NCBI GenBank assembly: GCA_964016885.1
Contig: OZ024761.1
Coordinates: 1,302,001 to 1,366,000, forward strand
Source: Eledone cirrhosa
Lineage: Eukaryota
Direction: 5' to 3'
DNA: 64,000 bases
Part shown: piece by piece, positions 28,677 to 42,869 of the stretch
Layout: the number at the start of each line of letters is the position of its first letter
Numbering within the stretch: position 1 is the first letter of the stretch
Notes under the pieces: model-generated
Databases searched by the model: none
Told to the model about the DNA's origin: nothing
What the model saw: the letters and a program-made list of their open reading frames with translations, nothing else
Position numbers and translations under genes: made by a program

Positions 28677-31600
28677 TTTCTCTTTCTCTTAATTTCGAGT
28701 ATATTTTTTTGACCGGCCACCTTCCTGGTGGCAAGGTTGTAAAAGAAAAGAAATTGTCATCCCTTGAATCGCAAGAATGTTTTGCAAATTTTGAAGGTGC
28801 CAGATATCGCAGCCATTTGCAGACTATGAATTAGGGAGCTGCGCTTTTTGTCCGCAAATCCAAGTTCAGTCATACTTTTGGTCCAAGCGGGTTGGTATAT
28901 AACCCGTAGCACCAATAATGATGGGTATGAAGCTAAAGGTGTATCTTGGATACTGGATTTGTAAACTCCTCATCAATGGTCCGTAGATGTCCTCCTTCTC
29001 CTGTATTTTTCTGACAACGTTTACATCAAGTGGGCAGCTGATCTCCACAACAGAACACGTTTTCAATGTGTGGTCCCAAACTACAATATCAGGCTGGTTG
29101 TGCTTTAATTTGGTGCCAGTTTTTATTTTCAGGTTCCACCAGTATTCCTTAGTGCCATCTGTCTCAATATATTCTTCCTCGTTTGTTGTTAATTTTGTTT
29201 TCCGAAGTGCGTTCCAGATGGTTCTAGCTATCCCATCGTGTCTCATGGGGAGGTAGTAGCGAGATGACATTCTTTCGCAGCTGGCAACAATGTGGCTTAC
29301 ATCTTCGATCTTTGTTTTACATAGCCTACATTTATTGTCAGCTGCTGGCCCTCCTCTTTTGTGCAGCAGATATTTGGTAGGGAGTTCTTGTTCCTGTATT
29401 GCATAGAGATATCCCTCAAGGTGTGATGTCATAAACTTGTCGGAACTCCATGCCAGGCTTTTTGAGTGGTTTATCCCCTCTATGGTCTGTGTTTTACGCC
29501 TCAAGTATCCATGCACAACTTTTTCTGTAAATTGGTCAATTTTCTTATCTTGTTTGAACATTGAATAGGATCTTCCGATTTCTCTGGGTGAGAGATTTAT
29601 ATCAGGCTTTATTCCATATCTCTCCTCCAGATCAGTCGCTATTCTAATGATTTTTTTTTTCATGCTCATAAACCTGGGCAAGATGGTTGCCAACCTTTTT
29701 CCTCTGTTGAAGGTGTTGCTTCAGTGTTACTATCCGGGTCTCATATGTTGTTAATATTGATTTTAGACCCCGGCCACCTTCCTTGCGTGAGAAGTATAGC
29801 CTATCCACATCACCATTGATGTTAAAGTTGCCAGTAACACTGAGAAGTTTTCGAGTTCTAACATCCATCTCACTTAGTTATTGCAATGACCAGTTCAGTA
29901 GGCCAAATGTTGGCGTTAGAATTGGCACAGCATAAGTATTGTGGGCAATGTATTTGTTGTATGCTGACAGTTCTGATGACCATATTTTCTTTACTCTTCT
30001 GAGGTATTCAGTTCTGGTTCTATCCTTATTTATGGGTCCATCATATCTGACATTCTCATCCTGTCCAAGATATCTGTAGTTGTCACCTGACTGCAGAGGT
30101 TGTATTGTCAGGCCGTTCATCTCTAGATTTCTAGAGGAGGGCACAGCTCTTCCACGTTTTACTGCCAAATATGCACACTTGGACTCACCAAATTTCATTT
30201 TGATGTCGGTTGAAAATTGTGTAATGAGGTCCAATTGTTTCTTGATGTCATTGATATTTGGCCCATACAACTTCAGGTCATCAACAAAGAAAAGATGGGA
30301 GATACTTCTGGGCCCACTTCTTTGTCCACCTTGTTTCCTGAGTAGGTAAGATAGTGGATTCAGTGAGAGAACGAAGAGTAGCACTGACAAGCTATCACCC
30401 TGAAAGATGCCCTTCTGGTAATGTATCTTATCAGTCTTAACCTGCTCCTTCTCACCTCTACGGATCAAATTGGTGTACCAGTTCTTGGTCAGGCGTTCAA
30501 CAGCAGCTACCAATGGTTGTGGGACTTTAGCTAACTGTAAAGCCTTAATAATCCACCCATGAGGTACACTATCAAATGCTTTTTGATAGTCCAGCCACAC
30601 GACAGTCATGTTTCTGCGATTCTTTGTTGTTTTTTCCTGAATCATTTTGTTAGTTAGTAGGTGATCTATGCAACCCCACACCTCCCTCTTTCCACCAGCT
30701 TGCTCAGGTGTTATGATGTTGTTGGTAGCACAGTGATCCTGTAAGAACAGGTTAAGGCACCCAGTATATAATTTATACATGATGTTTTGGCAGGCAATTG
30801 GGCGGTAATTTTTAGCAAGGGCGGTTTGGCTATTTTTGGGAATGAGGAGAGTAGTGGCAGTTGATAACCATCTGGGCAGTTCTTGTGTGCCCTCAATGGT
30901 TTCTGTAAACAGCCGTATGAGATCTTGCCGATAGAAAGTGAAATTCTTCAACCAGTATCCTGTAATGAGGTCTTGGCCTGGTGATTTCCTATTCGACATT
31001 TTCTGTAGAGCTGTTTCCAGTATTGACCCATCTATGTCATATTGTTTTGTCTGGACATGTTGGCAGTAGTCCTGTTCCAGTTCTTTTAGCCAATTAGCTT
31101 GTCTGTTGAATCCGTCATCCGTTTCCCATACAGATCTCCAGTAGCTCTCAACCTGTTCTTTTGAAGGGGTGTCGTTTACAGGGATTGAGCTTTTGCCACC
31201 GAAGCTGCGATAAACTGATTTAGGATCTCTGGCAAACAATCTATTTAGCACTTGTCGTTTATGTGCTGTTGACTTATATTTTAGTCTTTCTGTTGTAGCT
31301 GTGAGTTGTTGTTTCAACTGGTGTAATTTGGAGTTCAAAGTTTTAAATTTTGTATCTCCAAATCGTCTCTCTTACTTTTTCTTTAGGTCTTCCTGGTGTC
31401 GTGTGAAGTTGCTCTCTATGTTGCATTTCATAACGACTGCGATATGTGAGATACTTCGTCTCAGGGACAACATTTTGCTTTTTAAATTTCGCATCCACGC
31501 TGGTTCAGGCTTTCTGTTTGTATCTTGATTGTGTGGTTTTAGATGTGTGTTATATGATAGCAATGTGACAGCTGAAACATATAACAAAACATTAAGCATT

Positions 31601-32900
31601 TCAAATGTCGTTTCTACACCTTTAGATCGTATAGCCTTCAGATAATTGCCAGCTATTTCGTTCACCGCTTCCAATTCCAATTTAGTGGGTTCTTTACTGA
31701 CTCTAGTGTTGTATGGTCTGTCACTCACATTAAGGCTGTGTATCTCTTGAAACATATCGTTCCATATCACTTGTAGGGTGCCCACAAATTTTTGGTGCTC
31801 TGTTTGTACAGTAGAGTCATGAATTTCAGCCTCGTTGTTGATGTGGTGACAATTACTACTAGAGTCAGCTGACCTTTCCCGCTGTTCTTCAGTGGAAGTG
31901 GGATGGATTTCAGCAAAATTGTTGGTGATCTGTTCACTGTTAGATTTAGCTGGCCATTCTCTTTGTCTGTCAGCGGAGGTGTGGTGGTTGTCTACAAGGG
32001 CTGTATTTGTAGTATCACTCAATTCCGTTAGATGTATCAATTTACATCTAATGATACGTTTTGCCTGTTCATTTAAATGCTTTGGAGAAAAGTCTAATTC
32101 TGGGTGTTTGGAGTTCCATAAAGTTTTTAGCCTTTGCATAAAACCGAACTTTTGGGGTTCAGATTGTTTGTATGCTTCATATAATACTTTGTTTAGCTCG
32201 TAGCTCCACTGTGTACAACGGCTGTAGTTGCGATTTGGTCGAAGGAGACTTGTACTTTTTGCCATGATGAGTTCGTCTATTCACTAATATTTCGTATTTA
32301 TTTTTCAAAATAGTCGATGATCTTCTTTAAAAGTTTCGACAAAGTTCTGTCAGAATCAAATTTAAAGTTATTCACAGCTTGAGTAATATTTCTTTTCAGT
32401 TAGTTTTTAATTCTACAACTGTGTTTTAAACGTTGTTCTTGAATCGTTTGAATCGAGAACAAAAAGAACCGTTACTTAGTATATTCCTTTATGAATGTAA
32501 TATAATATAACAACGCTGTATTTATATGTTAAAGTTTATGTATCATTCATATAAACAGGTGTTCTACAACCTATTCACAACATATTCACAGTTCAAACAC
32601 TTATATTTTTGTTTCTGAATCGAAAACGTTACTTGTATATTTCTTTATAAATGTAATATAACAACGTTGCATTTATATGTTAAAGTGTATGTATCGTTCA
32701 TATATCATAAGTGTATGTATCGTTCATATAAATAGGTGTTTTACAACACACTTACAGTTTAAACACTTATGTAGAATTATTGTATGTAATCTTACCGCGT
32801 AATGTAGCTCAACTTTTTCCAATATATGGTATGTTGCCTTCATGTAAGCCGTAATTACACACGTCCGATTATCGGACACTGACCACAACGGTCGCCATTT
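28677..32900 (-). mobile_element. Near full-length R4/Dong-like RLE non-LTR retrotransposon
   Basis: ORF pieces 32265-31372, 31338-29878 (RT: WLDYQKAFD, QGDSLS, FVDDLK), 29868-29644 and 29693-28866 (CRLC..H..C, RHD, QPDIVVWD..EISCP). The 5' UTR has a tandem duplication; (TATG)n flanks both ends. Confidence 0.95.
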
Positions 32901-33330
32901 ATGTATGTATGTATGTATGTATGTATGTATGTATGTATGTATGTATGTATGTATGTATGTATGTATGTATGTATGTATGTGTGTATGTATGTATGTATGT
33001 GTGTATGTATGTATGTATGTATGTATATATGTGTGTGTATGTATGTCTGTATGTGTGTGTATCTATGTATATGTCTGTCTGTATGTATGTGTGTGTATGT
33101 ATGTCTGTCTGTATGTATGTATGTATATGTGTGTATGTATGTATATGTATGTGTGTATGTATGTATGTATGTATGTATGTATGTATGTATGTATGTATGT
33201 ATGCATGTGTGCGCATATATATATGTGTGTGTATATATAACTGTATGCATATATATGTACACAGATATATTTCTATGGCTATATGAATATATATGTATAC
33301 ATATCTATGTTTATATTTATGTAAGTGTAC

Positions 33331-33397
<67 letters not shown>

Positions 33398-33458
33398 ATA
33401 ATATACATATATATTATATATATATATATGTGTGTGTGTGTATAATATACATATATAT

Positions 33459-33493
<35 letters not shown>

Positions 33494-33501
33494 AATATAC
33501 A

Positions 33502-33570
<69 letters not shown>

Positions 33571-33653
33571 TGTGTGTGTGTGTGTAATATACATATATAT
33601 TATATATAGTTATAGGAATAACCAAAGAGTGCTTAGAAATACATTGTTTTATT

Positions 33654-33700
33654 AGCTAACAGTGTTTCATCCATACACCATGGCAGGAATCCTCAGAGCT
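33654..33700 (-). ncRNA. Type I hammerhead ribozyme
   Basis: Minus strand: AGCU-CUGAGGA-UUCC..UGGAU-GAAA-CACUG-UU|AGCU. Confidence 0.7.
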
Positions 33701-34349
33701 TATAAACATGAGTATATCAGTAGTTGCATGCTCTATCGAGCTGCGTCACCAGAACAAGGTTAAGTGACCAGAAGGGGGTCCCGAGGCTAGCGCTATATGG
33801 TAAAAGACAGAATATATGATGCACATAATGTCATAAAATGTCTTAAAAGTTAAAAAATTAAAAATGACATCAAAAATGTATCACTTAAATGGTGCAATAG
33901 ATGATAAAGAGGTTGGGAGAGGGTAGCAAGGGATGAGTGAGGGTATTACTCAGCATGATCAGAAACAATAAGAAAATAATAAAAAAATAACAATAAAAAA
34001 GTACAAAAATACAGGGATAAGAAAAGAGATAAATATAAAAATACAAAACAATAAAGGAACAAAAAGCCCGGACCCCCCCCCCAAAAAAAAAATATATATA
34101 AGACAAAGCATAGCATAGATGCATCAAAGCACAAACAGTGCAAAAAGAGGGTGTACAGGCAGATCAAGATATATATATATATATATGATATGATATGATA
34201 TATATATATATGTGTGTGTGTGAGTGTATTAAATAGAAGATATCCTGTTTGGTAATAAATTCACTGGATTGGTCTAGCAGAGTCTGAGTCATCCAGGCGT
34301 GACGAATGAATCTACGGTATCATTACACATAGACAGTCAGACAGATGGA

Positions 34350-34421
<72 letters not shown>

Positions 34422-34437
34422 CATATATATTTATATA

Positions 34438-34477
<40 letters not shown>

Positions 34478-34487
34478 TATTTATATA

Positions 34488-34623
<136 letters not shown>

Positions 34624-34645
34624 TATATATATATCTATACATATA

Positions 34646-34756
<111 letters not shown>

Positions 34757-34774
34757 GTATATATATATATATTG

Positions 34775-35150
34775 GTAAAAAGAAAAGAAAATGCTGACAA
34801 ATTGATCCCAGTGAAAAATAGTTTAATTAGGAATAAGTAAAAATTAGTAATAAGTATTGGTTAGTATTCAGTTTTGGTTTTGGTGTGAAATTACTAGCGT
34901 ATGTGTTCCATAAAACGGTTGCATGACTGCATGTCTGTATGTCTGTCTTTCTGTATATGTCTTTGACAGTTTATTATGTTAATACATCATAGCAATGGTG
35001 TGTATGTTATGTGTGTATGGGTCGTGTGTGTGTGTGTGTGTGTATATATATATGTATATACACATACACTCATACTTAAAACCAAAACTGAATACTAACC
35101 AATACTTATTACTAATTTTTACTTATTCCTAATTAAACTATTTTTCACTA
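34775..35150. repeat. Inverted repeat pair of a dispersed short family
   Basis: 34811-34881 is inverted to 35078-35148; another copy lies at 44598-44705. Confidence 0.7.
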
Positions 35151-35844
35151 TTTAATGATGAATAGCTCTTGTTTATTTTAACATGTCTATTGAGCACTCT
35201 TATTCGATATGTGTATTTCCACATTTTCCCGAATATTTTTTGCGGATGTAGAGGTTATCTCCCTTGCTGAATTACATGTGCGTTCCGTCAGCCTGGGTTA
35301 TGCCTTTTCATTCGTTCGGACAAAGGCTCGTTGAGGAAGTAAATTTTCCTGTCCGCTGGCTTCTAGAAGTCTCATATATTTTTATGTGAGCTGATAGAGG
35401 GCAGTTTAAGGATTTACAGAAACCCAAGAAGCTAGATTTACCATCTTTCTAGCGGGTCCGGGTATGCTTTTTATTGATTTTTTGATATTTTTTTCTGAAT
35501 GTCCCGAATCTTCCAGATCGCAATCTTTCGGTCGTACGGTTGATTATAGACTTGTTCTATGTGTGACGGTATTTTAACGATAGTTATAGCTCTGATTTAT
35601 CTGAATTATTGAGCCCTCTGCCGCTCATATCGAATTTTGTTTATCGTGAACTCGTGCGCCGATTTTTCGATACTCGATTATTCTACTCTATATATATATA
35701 TATATATATATATAAACATAAATTATCGAGATTCGCATTTCGGCCCACGAAATAACGAAAAACAACCTCCGAGATGTGCGGCAAGTGCTCAATGATTCAG
35801 AAGAACCAGAGCTATAACAAACGTTAAAGGCCAAACACACTGAG

Positions 35845-35901
<57 letters not shown>

Positions 35902-35909
35902 CGTGTGCG

Positions 35910-35941
<32 letters not shown>

Positions 35942-35954
35942 CGTGTGTGTGTGC

Positions 35955-36008
<54 letters not shown>

Positions 36009-36089
36009 GGTAAACAGAAATAACAACACAATCGGTACAGTATATGGAAGGGATATATTAGGTTAACGCTTGATATAGCATGAAAGAGG

Positions 36090-36125
36090 TCTTAGCGTTT
36101 CGGACGCTAGTCTCTCATCAGAAGA
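36090..36125 (-). ncRNA. Degenerate minimal hammerhead ribozyme
   Basis: Minus strand: UCUU-CUGAUGA-GAGAC-UAGC-GUCC-GAAA-CGCU|AAGA (U16.1 apparently mutated). The tail 36003-36045 recurs at 63962-64000. Confidence 0.5.
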
Positions 36126-36559
36126 AAGAATGAGAAATAAGATAGATTGAAGGGATGGGAGGGTTGGAATTGGAAAAAAATGTCTTTAGATAAAAATAAC
36201 AGGTCCATTCATGTTGACATCTCTTGCAAAACTGTTGGTGTTTATCCCGGGTTCAATCGGGGGTAACCACAGTAAGTAAGGTACTCAAGCAGAGTATAAA
36301 TATTTAATATAGAAATGGCTTCTACAGGACTAGAACTGTTTAATTTGGGAGAAATCACCAGAAACCCGACTGTCATTGTAATATGGTGGTATTTATACAT
36401 TTTCTGGTGGTAGGAGAGGGTTGTGATAGATGTAGATATATTACTGGTTTCATTGATTTAACTGTGGCCTTACGATTTAATCGATCTCTTAGAATCTATA
36501 AGTTACGGGATATAAATAAAATCAGACACAAACGTAAATTCTGACATTGACACACTCAC

Positions 36560-36603
<44 letters not shown>

Positions 36604-36619
36604 TCCCTCTTCCTCTTTC

Positions 36620-36923
36620 TACTGGCAAGTTCAGCTACCCCTTTCTTCCACAAAATGCCATGATAGAATTATGTGTCTCAACAACAAACTTTTGACCAAT
36701 CCTTGTGACAATCACTTTTACCATATAATGGAATTACCCCCTGAGAAGCTCGGCTATTCATTTACCAGGATAAAAATGTTCATTTAGTCCAGAATTAGCC
36801 GTCGAAACGGCTTGAGCTCAGCCGTCAGGGTCCTACTCGTTCCTATTACCCACTCTACTACCCTAAGTATTGAGTACTTTGGTGCGTTATGGTCCATCTG
36901 GTTCCTTACCACATTTCCTTCGT

Positions 36924-36925
<2 letters not shown>
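36620..36925 (+). mobile_element. Family A element with HHR 36736-36831 (CUGAGAA core)
   Basis: ACCCC-CUGAGAA-GCUCGGCUA..UAGCCGUC-GAAA-CGGCU-UGAGCUC-AGCCG-UC|AGGGU, then the tail ..tattgagtac..ccttcgtta(TA)n. Confidence 0.75.
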
Positions 36926-36954
<29 letters not shown>

Positions 36955-37364
36955 ATGTATGTGTGTTACAGCTCACACCTATGCAGGTTTAGCTGGCCTC
37001 CTCCAATGTATATCTCGTTGGGGTGTCTTGCACAAGGAAACAACACATCACCCGGTCTGAGAATTGAACTCACAACCTTTCGATTGCAAGCCCAATGCTC
37101 TAACCACTAAGCCATGCGCCTTCATGTATGTATATATGTATATACGACGGGCTTCTGCAGTTTTTCCTATACCAATAGCAAATTTCACTGAACATATTGT
37201 TTAACCTGAGGTTAGTGTAGAAGGAAGACACTTGATTATTATTTCTTTTCAAATAAACGATGACAGACATCAAGTTAACTCCGCAAATGAAAAGCCACAC
37301 TGTAATAGTAATGTTTGCTTTGTTAAATGACAAGCAAAGCTTCACGCAAGGCAGACAGAATATA

Positions 37365-37409
<45 letters not shown>

Positions 37410-37464
37410 GTGAGGTTTTTTTTACAAAATGAAAAATAACCGAGGTGTCCTACACAAGTGGAAG

Positions 37465-37680
37465 TATAAAGAAAAAGGGATGAAATCGAAAATGCAACTG
37501 AAGTCTTATTTTTTTAAAAAATATATATATTTATTTGGTTCCTTTACCGGTTTCGCAGTTCTTCTGCTTTTCAAAAGCAGAAGAACTGCGAAACCGGTAA
37601 AGGAACCAAATAAATATATATATTTAAAAAAAAAATAAGACTTCAGTTGCATTTTCGATTTCATCCCTTTTTCTTTATAT
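37465..37680. mobile_element. Palindromic element with a compact U3-A8 HHR (37542-37577 minus)
   Basis: Arms of ~105 bp, apex at 37572. Minus strand: CUU-UUGAAAA-GCAG-AAGAA-CUGC-GAAA-CCGG-UA|AAG. Confidence 0.75.
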
Positions 37681-38079
37681 ATATATATATAACGAAGGAA
37701 ATCTGGTAAGGAACCAGGTGGACCATAACGCACCAGAGTACTCGATACTATGGGTAGTAGAGTGGGTAACAGGAAAAGAGTCAGGACCCAGACGGCTGAC
37801 CTCCGGCCGTTTCGACAGCTATTTCTGAACTCAGAAATAGCTGTCGAAACGGTCGGAGCTCAGCCGTCGGGGTCCTGACTCTTTTCCTATTATATAACAG
37901 ATTGGAGACGGTAAAAACCAGTTAGACCATTACATATATATATATATATTTAATATATTTATAGATATGTATTATATATATACACACACACACACACACA
38001 TACATATATATATAGTATATATTATAGTATGTTATATCCATGCATGTGTGTGTGTGAGCTCGTGTGTTTATAAAAAGGA

Positions 38080-38298
38080 ACGATCGACTTTTTTGTCAAA
38101 TCGGACCGAGGGAACAATGTTTCCGTTGGTCTTTCCAATTGCTAATACTATCTATCGGTCGCAACTCCAGGTAGAAGGAGCAACGTGAAATAAAGTGTCT
38201 TGCTCAAGGACATAACGCATCGCCTGGTCCAGGAATCGAACTCACAACCTTACGATTGCGAATACAATTCTCTAACCACTCAGCCACACGCCTTCACT
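38080..38298 (-). mobile_element. tRNA-derived SINE family 2
   Basis: Reverse complement of 63719-63933. Confidence 0.85.
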
Positions 38299-38504
38299 GT
38301 GTTTATAAACAAAAGTAAAAATAGATAGAAAATGAGCGGGAGGAGAGGGGAGAGGTGGCAGTTGAGTTCAATCAAATTCAATCATTTCCTGATGTGAGGT
38401 GGATCTTGTGTCTGTGTGTATGTATGAGTGTGTGTGTATGTATTGTGTATTTGTATATCTGTATTTGTGTGTGTGTGTGTATTTATGTGTGTGTCTGTTG
38501 GTAT

Positions 38505-38520
38505 TCCCAACACCATCATC

Positions 38521-38551
<31 letters not shown>

Positions 38552-38812
38552 ACCCCACTATCACAACAATAACACCACCACCACCACCACCACCACTACC
38601 ACTACTACTACCTCAGCCTCAGCCACCACCACCACCAACAACAACAACAAAAGTAAAAATAACACCACCACCATCACCACCACCACCACCACCACCACCA
38701 TCACCACCACCACCACCACCACCACCACCATCACCACCATCACCACCACCACCATCAACACCACCACCACCCCCACCACCATCACCCCCCCCCCCCCACC
38801 ACCACCACCATT
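38505..38812. repeat. (CAC)n-rich trinucleotide repeat
   Basis: Seen directly. Confidence 0.9.
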
Positions 38813-39027
38813 CGTCCCGTGCTGCTATGTAAGATGGTTATGGGGATATATCATTTCACAGAAAAATAGAAGTCTCTCTCTCCCCCCCTTCTCTCTCTCT
38901 CTCTCTCTGTTTGTCTCCTCTCTTTCTCTGTCTCCTCTCTATTTATCTATGTCTATCTCTCTCTCTCTCTCTCTCTCTGTCTTTATCTATCTGTCTGTCT
39001 ATCTATCTCTTTTTCTCTTACTTTCTC

Positions 39028-39131
<104 letters not shown>

Positions 39132-39301
39132 TATTTTTATTTTATAGAAGGAGCTTCTACAGGACTAGTACTGAAGATTTCATCTGAATGAAACAGTACT
39201 AGTCCTGTAGAAACTCCTTCTATAAAATAAAAAAATGTTACTCTGCCATGTATTGAGTACCTTACTTACTGTGGTTATCCCCGACTCAACCCGGGACCTA
39301 C

Positions 39302-39369
<68 letters not shown>

Positions 39370-39374
<5 letters not shown>

Positions 39375-39690
39375 ATTAAATAAATGGAAAACTATATTTA
39401 TAAAACCATATTTATTTCATTATATATATTTCATTTGAAGTCGATGTTTATTACGGTATGTCGAATCTATTTATCTATAAAACTGTTTATATTGTATTTT
39501 GTCTGAGGAAGGCATAGCATATTGTTAATATGATATCCCCGAAATATATATAATGAAATAAATATGGTTTTATAAATATAGTTTTCCATTTATTTAATAT
39601 TGTAAATATACTCCAAATATTTGTCGAGTGCTTTTATATCAGTTATAAATATTTACTAGTTGTAACCCAACAATTTTAAATATAACTTTA
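39370..39690 (+). mobile_element. Family D fold-back element with HHR 39495-39560
   Basis: UAUUUUGU-CUGAGGA-AGG..CAUAUU-GUU-AAUAUG..CC-GAAA-UAUAUAUA|AUGAAAUA. 39370-39432 is inverted to 39541-39604. Confidence 0.8.
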
Positions 39691-39692
39691 CA

Positions 39693-39723
<31 letters not shown>

Positions 39724-39950
39724 GTGTGTGTGTGTGTCTGTGTGTGTATATATATATCTACTGCCAGACTTTGGCTGGTGGCTGGGTGGTACTTTTTTTT
39801 TTCACTGGGACTATTTACAGAGGCAGTAGCAGACTCTCTCCATCACAGGCTTTCTCACTAGACACTGTCTCTGAAATATATATACATTCACTTACGTATT
39901 AACCAGTCTATCTATATATCTGTCTGTCTATTTATCTACCTACCTATCTA

Positions 39951-40055
<105 letters not shown>

Positions 40056-40093
40056 ATAATAATAAATTTGAAGACTAAAATCCAAATCTGTTA

Positions 40094-40147
<54 letters not shown>

Positions 40148-40425
40148 AAGGTTTTATTTAAAATTGTTGGCTTACAACAAGTAAATATTTTATAACTGAT
40201 ATAAAGCACTCGACAAGTTTTTGAAGTATATATACGATATTAAACAAATGGAAACTATATTTATAAAACCATATTTATTTCACCACACATATTTCCACCA
40301 CTGTTTGTATATTGTATTTTATCTGATGAAGGCATGCCATATTTTTAATATGGTATCCCTGAAATATGTGTGGTGAAATAAATATGGTTTTATAAATATA
40401 GTTTCCATTTGTTTAATATCGTATA
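40148..40425 (+). mobile_element. Family D fold-back element with HHR 40315-40380 (triplet mutated to GUG)
   Basis: UAUUUUAU-CUGAUGA-AGG..GCCAUAUU..AAUAUGGU..CCU-GAAA-UAUGUGUG|GUGAAAUA, with inverted arm 40232-40295. Confidence 0.75.
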
Positions 40426-40442
40426 TATATATATACATATAT

Positions 40443-40504
<62 letters not shown>

Positions 40505-40945
40505 TCTAGGCCATTCTCCCCGCTTTCCCTTTCTCTATCTCTGTCTCTATCTATATCATCTCTCTCTGTCCCTATCTATCTCTCTCTCTCTCCTTGTCTA
40601 TCTCACACACACGTTCTCTCTCTCCCTTTATCCATCTATATTCCACTCAATTCTCCCCTCCCTCTTTCTCTCTATCAAGCTGTCGTCTGCCAGTTAAACT
40701 TTATACAGACTTCTAACGAAATGTCGGCTGGAATAAGACGTGTTTTGCCCAACTGGCAAATGAAAACAACATAACTATTTCCGTAAGTAGAATACAGACT
40801 CTATATTTTGATGTTTCGTCCTCATGTAAATACATATCGATCTGTTGGTTCATCTATCTATCTTTCTCCTCTCTTTCTCTTTCCCCTTCTCTCTACTCTG
40901 CCGAATTATGGTTGGTCTTACTAGTTTAAAATTGGCATAATCCTG

Positions 40946-40976
<31 letters not shown>

Positions 40977-41147
40977 TTTATTAAAATAACGGGATCTTAA
41001 GATCCCGTTAAGGGTGAAAGCAGCGATTCTTTGCTTAAACTTTAATCTGTTATGTTAATAAATATTTGCTCTACGGTTCTTATATATTTGATATATATTT
41101 ATCCTTATCGAACCCTCTTTGGATTTTAGTCTTCAAATTTATTATTA

Positions 41148-41193
<46 letters not shown>

Positions 41194-41335
41194 TCCCAAT
41201 TTCAATCAGGGGTAACCACAGTAAGTAAGGTAGGTGTTCAATACATAGCAGAGTATAAATATTTGATATAAAAATGGCTTCTACAGGACTAGAACTGTTT
41301 CATTCGGGAGAAATCACCAGGAAGCCCTTGCTGAC

Positions 41336-41425
<90 letters not shown>

Positions 41426-41568
41426 GGCGGGGGGGGGGGGGGGGGGTGGAGAATACATTGTCCCGGAGGGTGGGGGTAGACGCGCTGGAACAGCCACTCA
41501 ACATCGCGGGGCTCGCACCAGCGGGTGGGCAGGTGGGCACGCGGTCAACTCCGCTTCGATAGCAGTGA

Positions 41569-41808
41569 GTAGGGATGTAGTCTGGGGGGGCCAAGAACGC
41601 CGAAAGTCTCCACTGCTACTGGCTCCACCACAATCCTATCACATAGGTAGGGATGTGGTCCAAGGGGTGCCAAGAACGCCCGAGACCTCCACTTCTACAG
41701 ACTCTACCACAATCCTATTACGTGAGTAGGGATGTGGTCCGAGGGTTGCTAAGAACACCCGAAGTCTCCACTGCTACAGGTTCTACCACAAACCTATCAC
41801 ATGAGTAG
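41569..41808 (+). repeat. ~79-bp tandem repeat, 3 copies
   Basis: Unit gtagggatgtggtcc..gccaagaacgcc..ctccac..accacaatcctatcac starts at ~41569, 41648 and 41727. Confidence 0.8.
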
Positions 41809-41891
41809 ACAGACCTGCCAATCTCTAAAAACCCAAACGGAGAGGACCATGAAAAAAAAGTGCCCCAAAACGGGTAAAAATGAAGCAAAAT

Positions 41892-42695
41892 GGGGAGATT
41901 TTATATAATTGTTTCTACTTTAGGCACAAGGCCAGCAAATACCCAGTGCATTACTGGTACTTTATTTTATCGACCCCGTAAGGAGGAAAGGCAAAGTTAA
42001 CCTCAGAGGGATTTAAACTCAAACTATAAAGGGGAGATTTTACAAAATAGGGAGATTTTACAAAATAGGGAGATTTTACATAATGAAAGCTATACCTATT
42101 TTCACAAGAGAAGACATCTCTCACCCACCCTTAAATGGGTGGGAGATATTCCCGTCAGACAGGGAGAGTTGACAGGACTGAGTAGGGATATCATTTAGGG
42201 GCATTAACACCAGAAGTGTTGACTGCTACAGGTTCTACCACAAACCTATGAAAGAGTGGCCGATACTTGGACAATACTGATTCCACTTGGGAATTACGTT
42301 ACAGGAGTGGTGAAAGCATTTCTGAATTTGTTGATGACAAATTTTGTCAATTTCACACTACAAATACATTCTATTTGTACTGGATTGGCAGTATCGGTAG
42401 AGGGTCGGACGCCATGCTTTGACGCATAGAGTTACGGCCCTTGCCATTCTGAGATCAAATCCCGCCGAGGTTAACTTTGCCTTTCATCCTTACGGGGTCG
42501 ATAAAATAAAGTACCAGTAATGCACTGGTGAAATTGCTGGCCTTGTGCCTAAAGTAGAAACAATTATGTAAAATCTCCCTATTTTGTAAAATCTCCCCTT
42601 TATAGTTTGAGTTTAAATCCCTCTGAGGTTGACTTTGCCTTTCCTCCTTACGGGGTCGATAAAATAAAGTACCAGTAATGCACTGGGGTCGATTT
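41892..42695. mobile_element. Family 1 SINE cluster in tandem plus inverted arrangement
   Basis: 41945-42085 (minus) mirrors 42564-42690 (plus), including the non-SINE junction atagggagattttac. Confidence 0.75.
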
Positions 42696-42869
42696 AAAAG
42701 AATGCTTGGCCAATTTGCCTGCTTATTCAGTGAAGAAAAAAAGTTCCGTGGGCCGAACAAACAGACGTTTAGACACCGCTACTCTTGTTTGGTTTGTTTT
42801 TAAATCACTCTCCATATCTACCTGCCATATACTGCCACATCTAACCCTAATGTTTACCTACCAATTACT

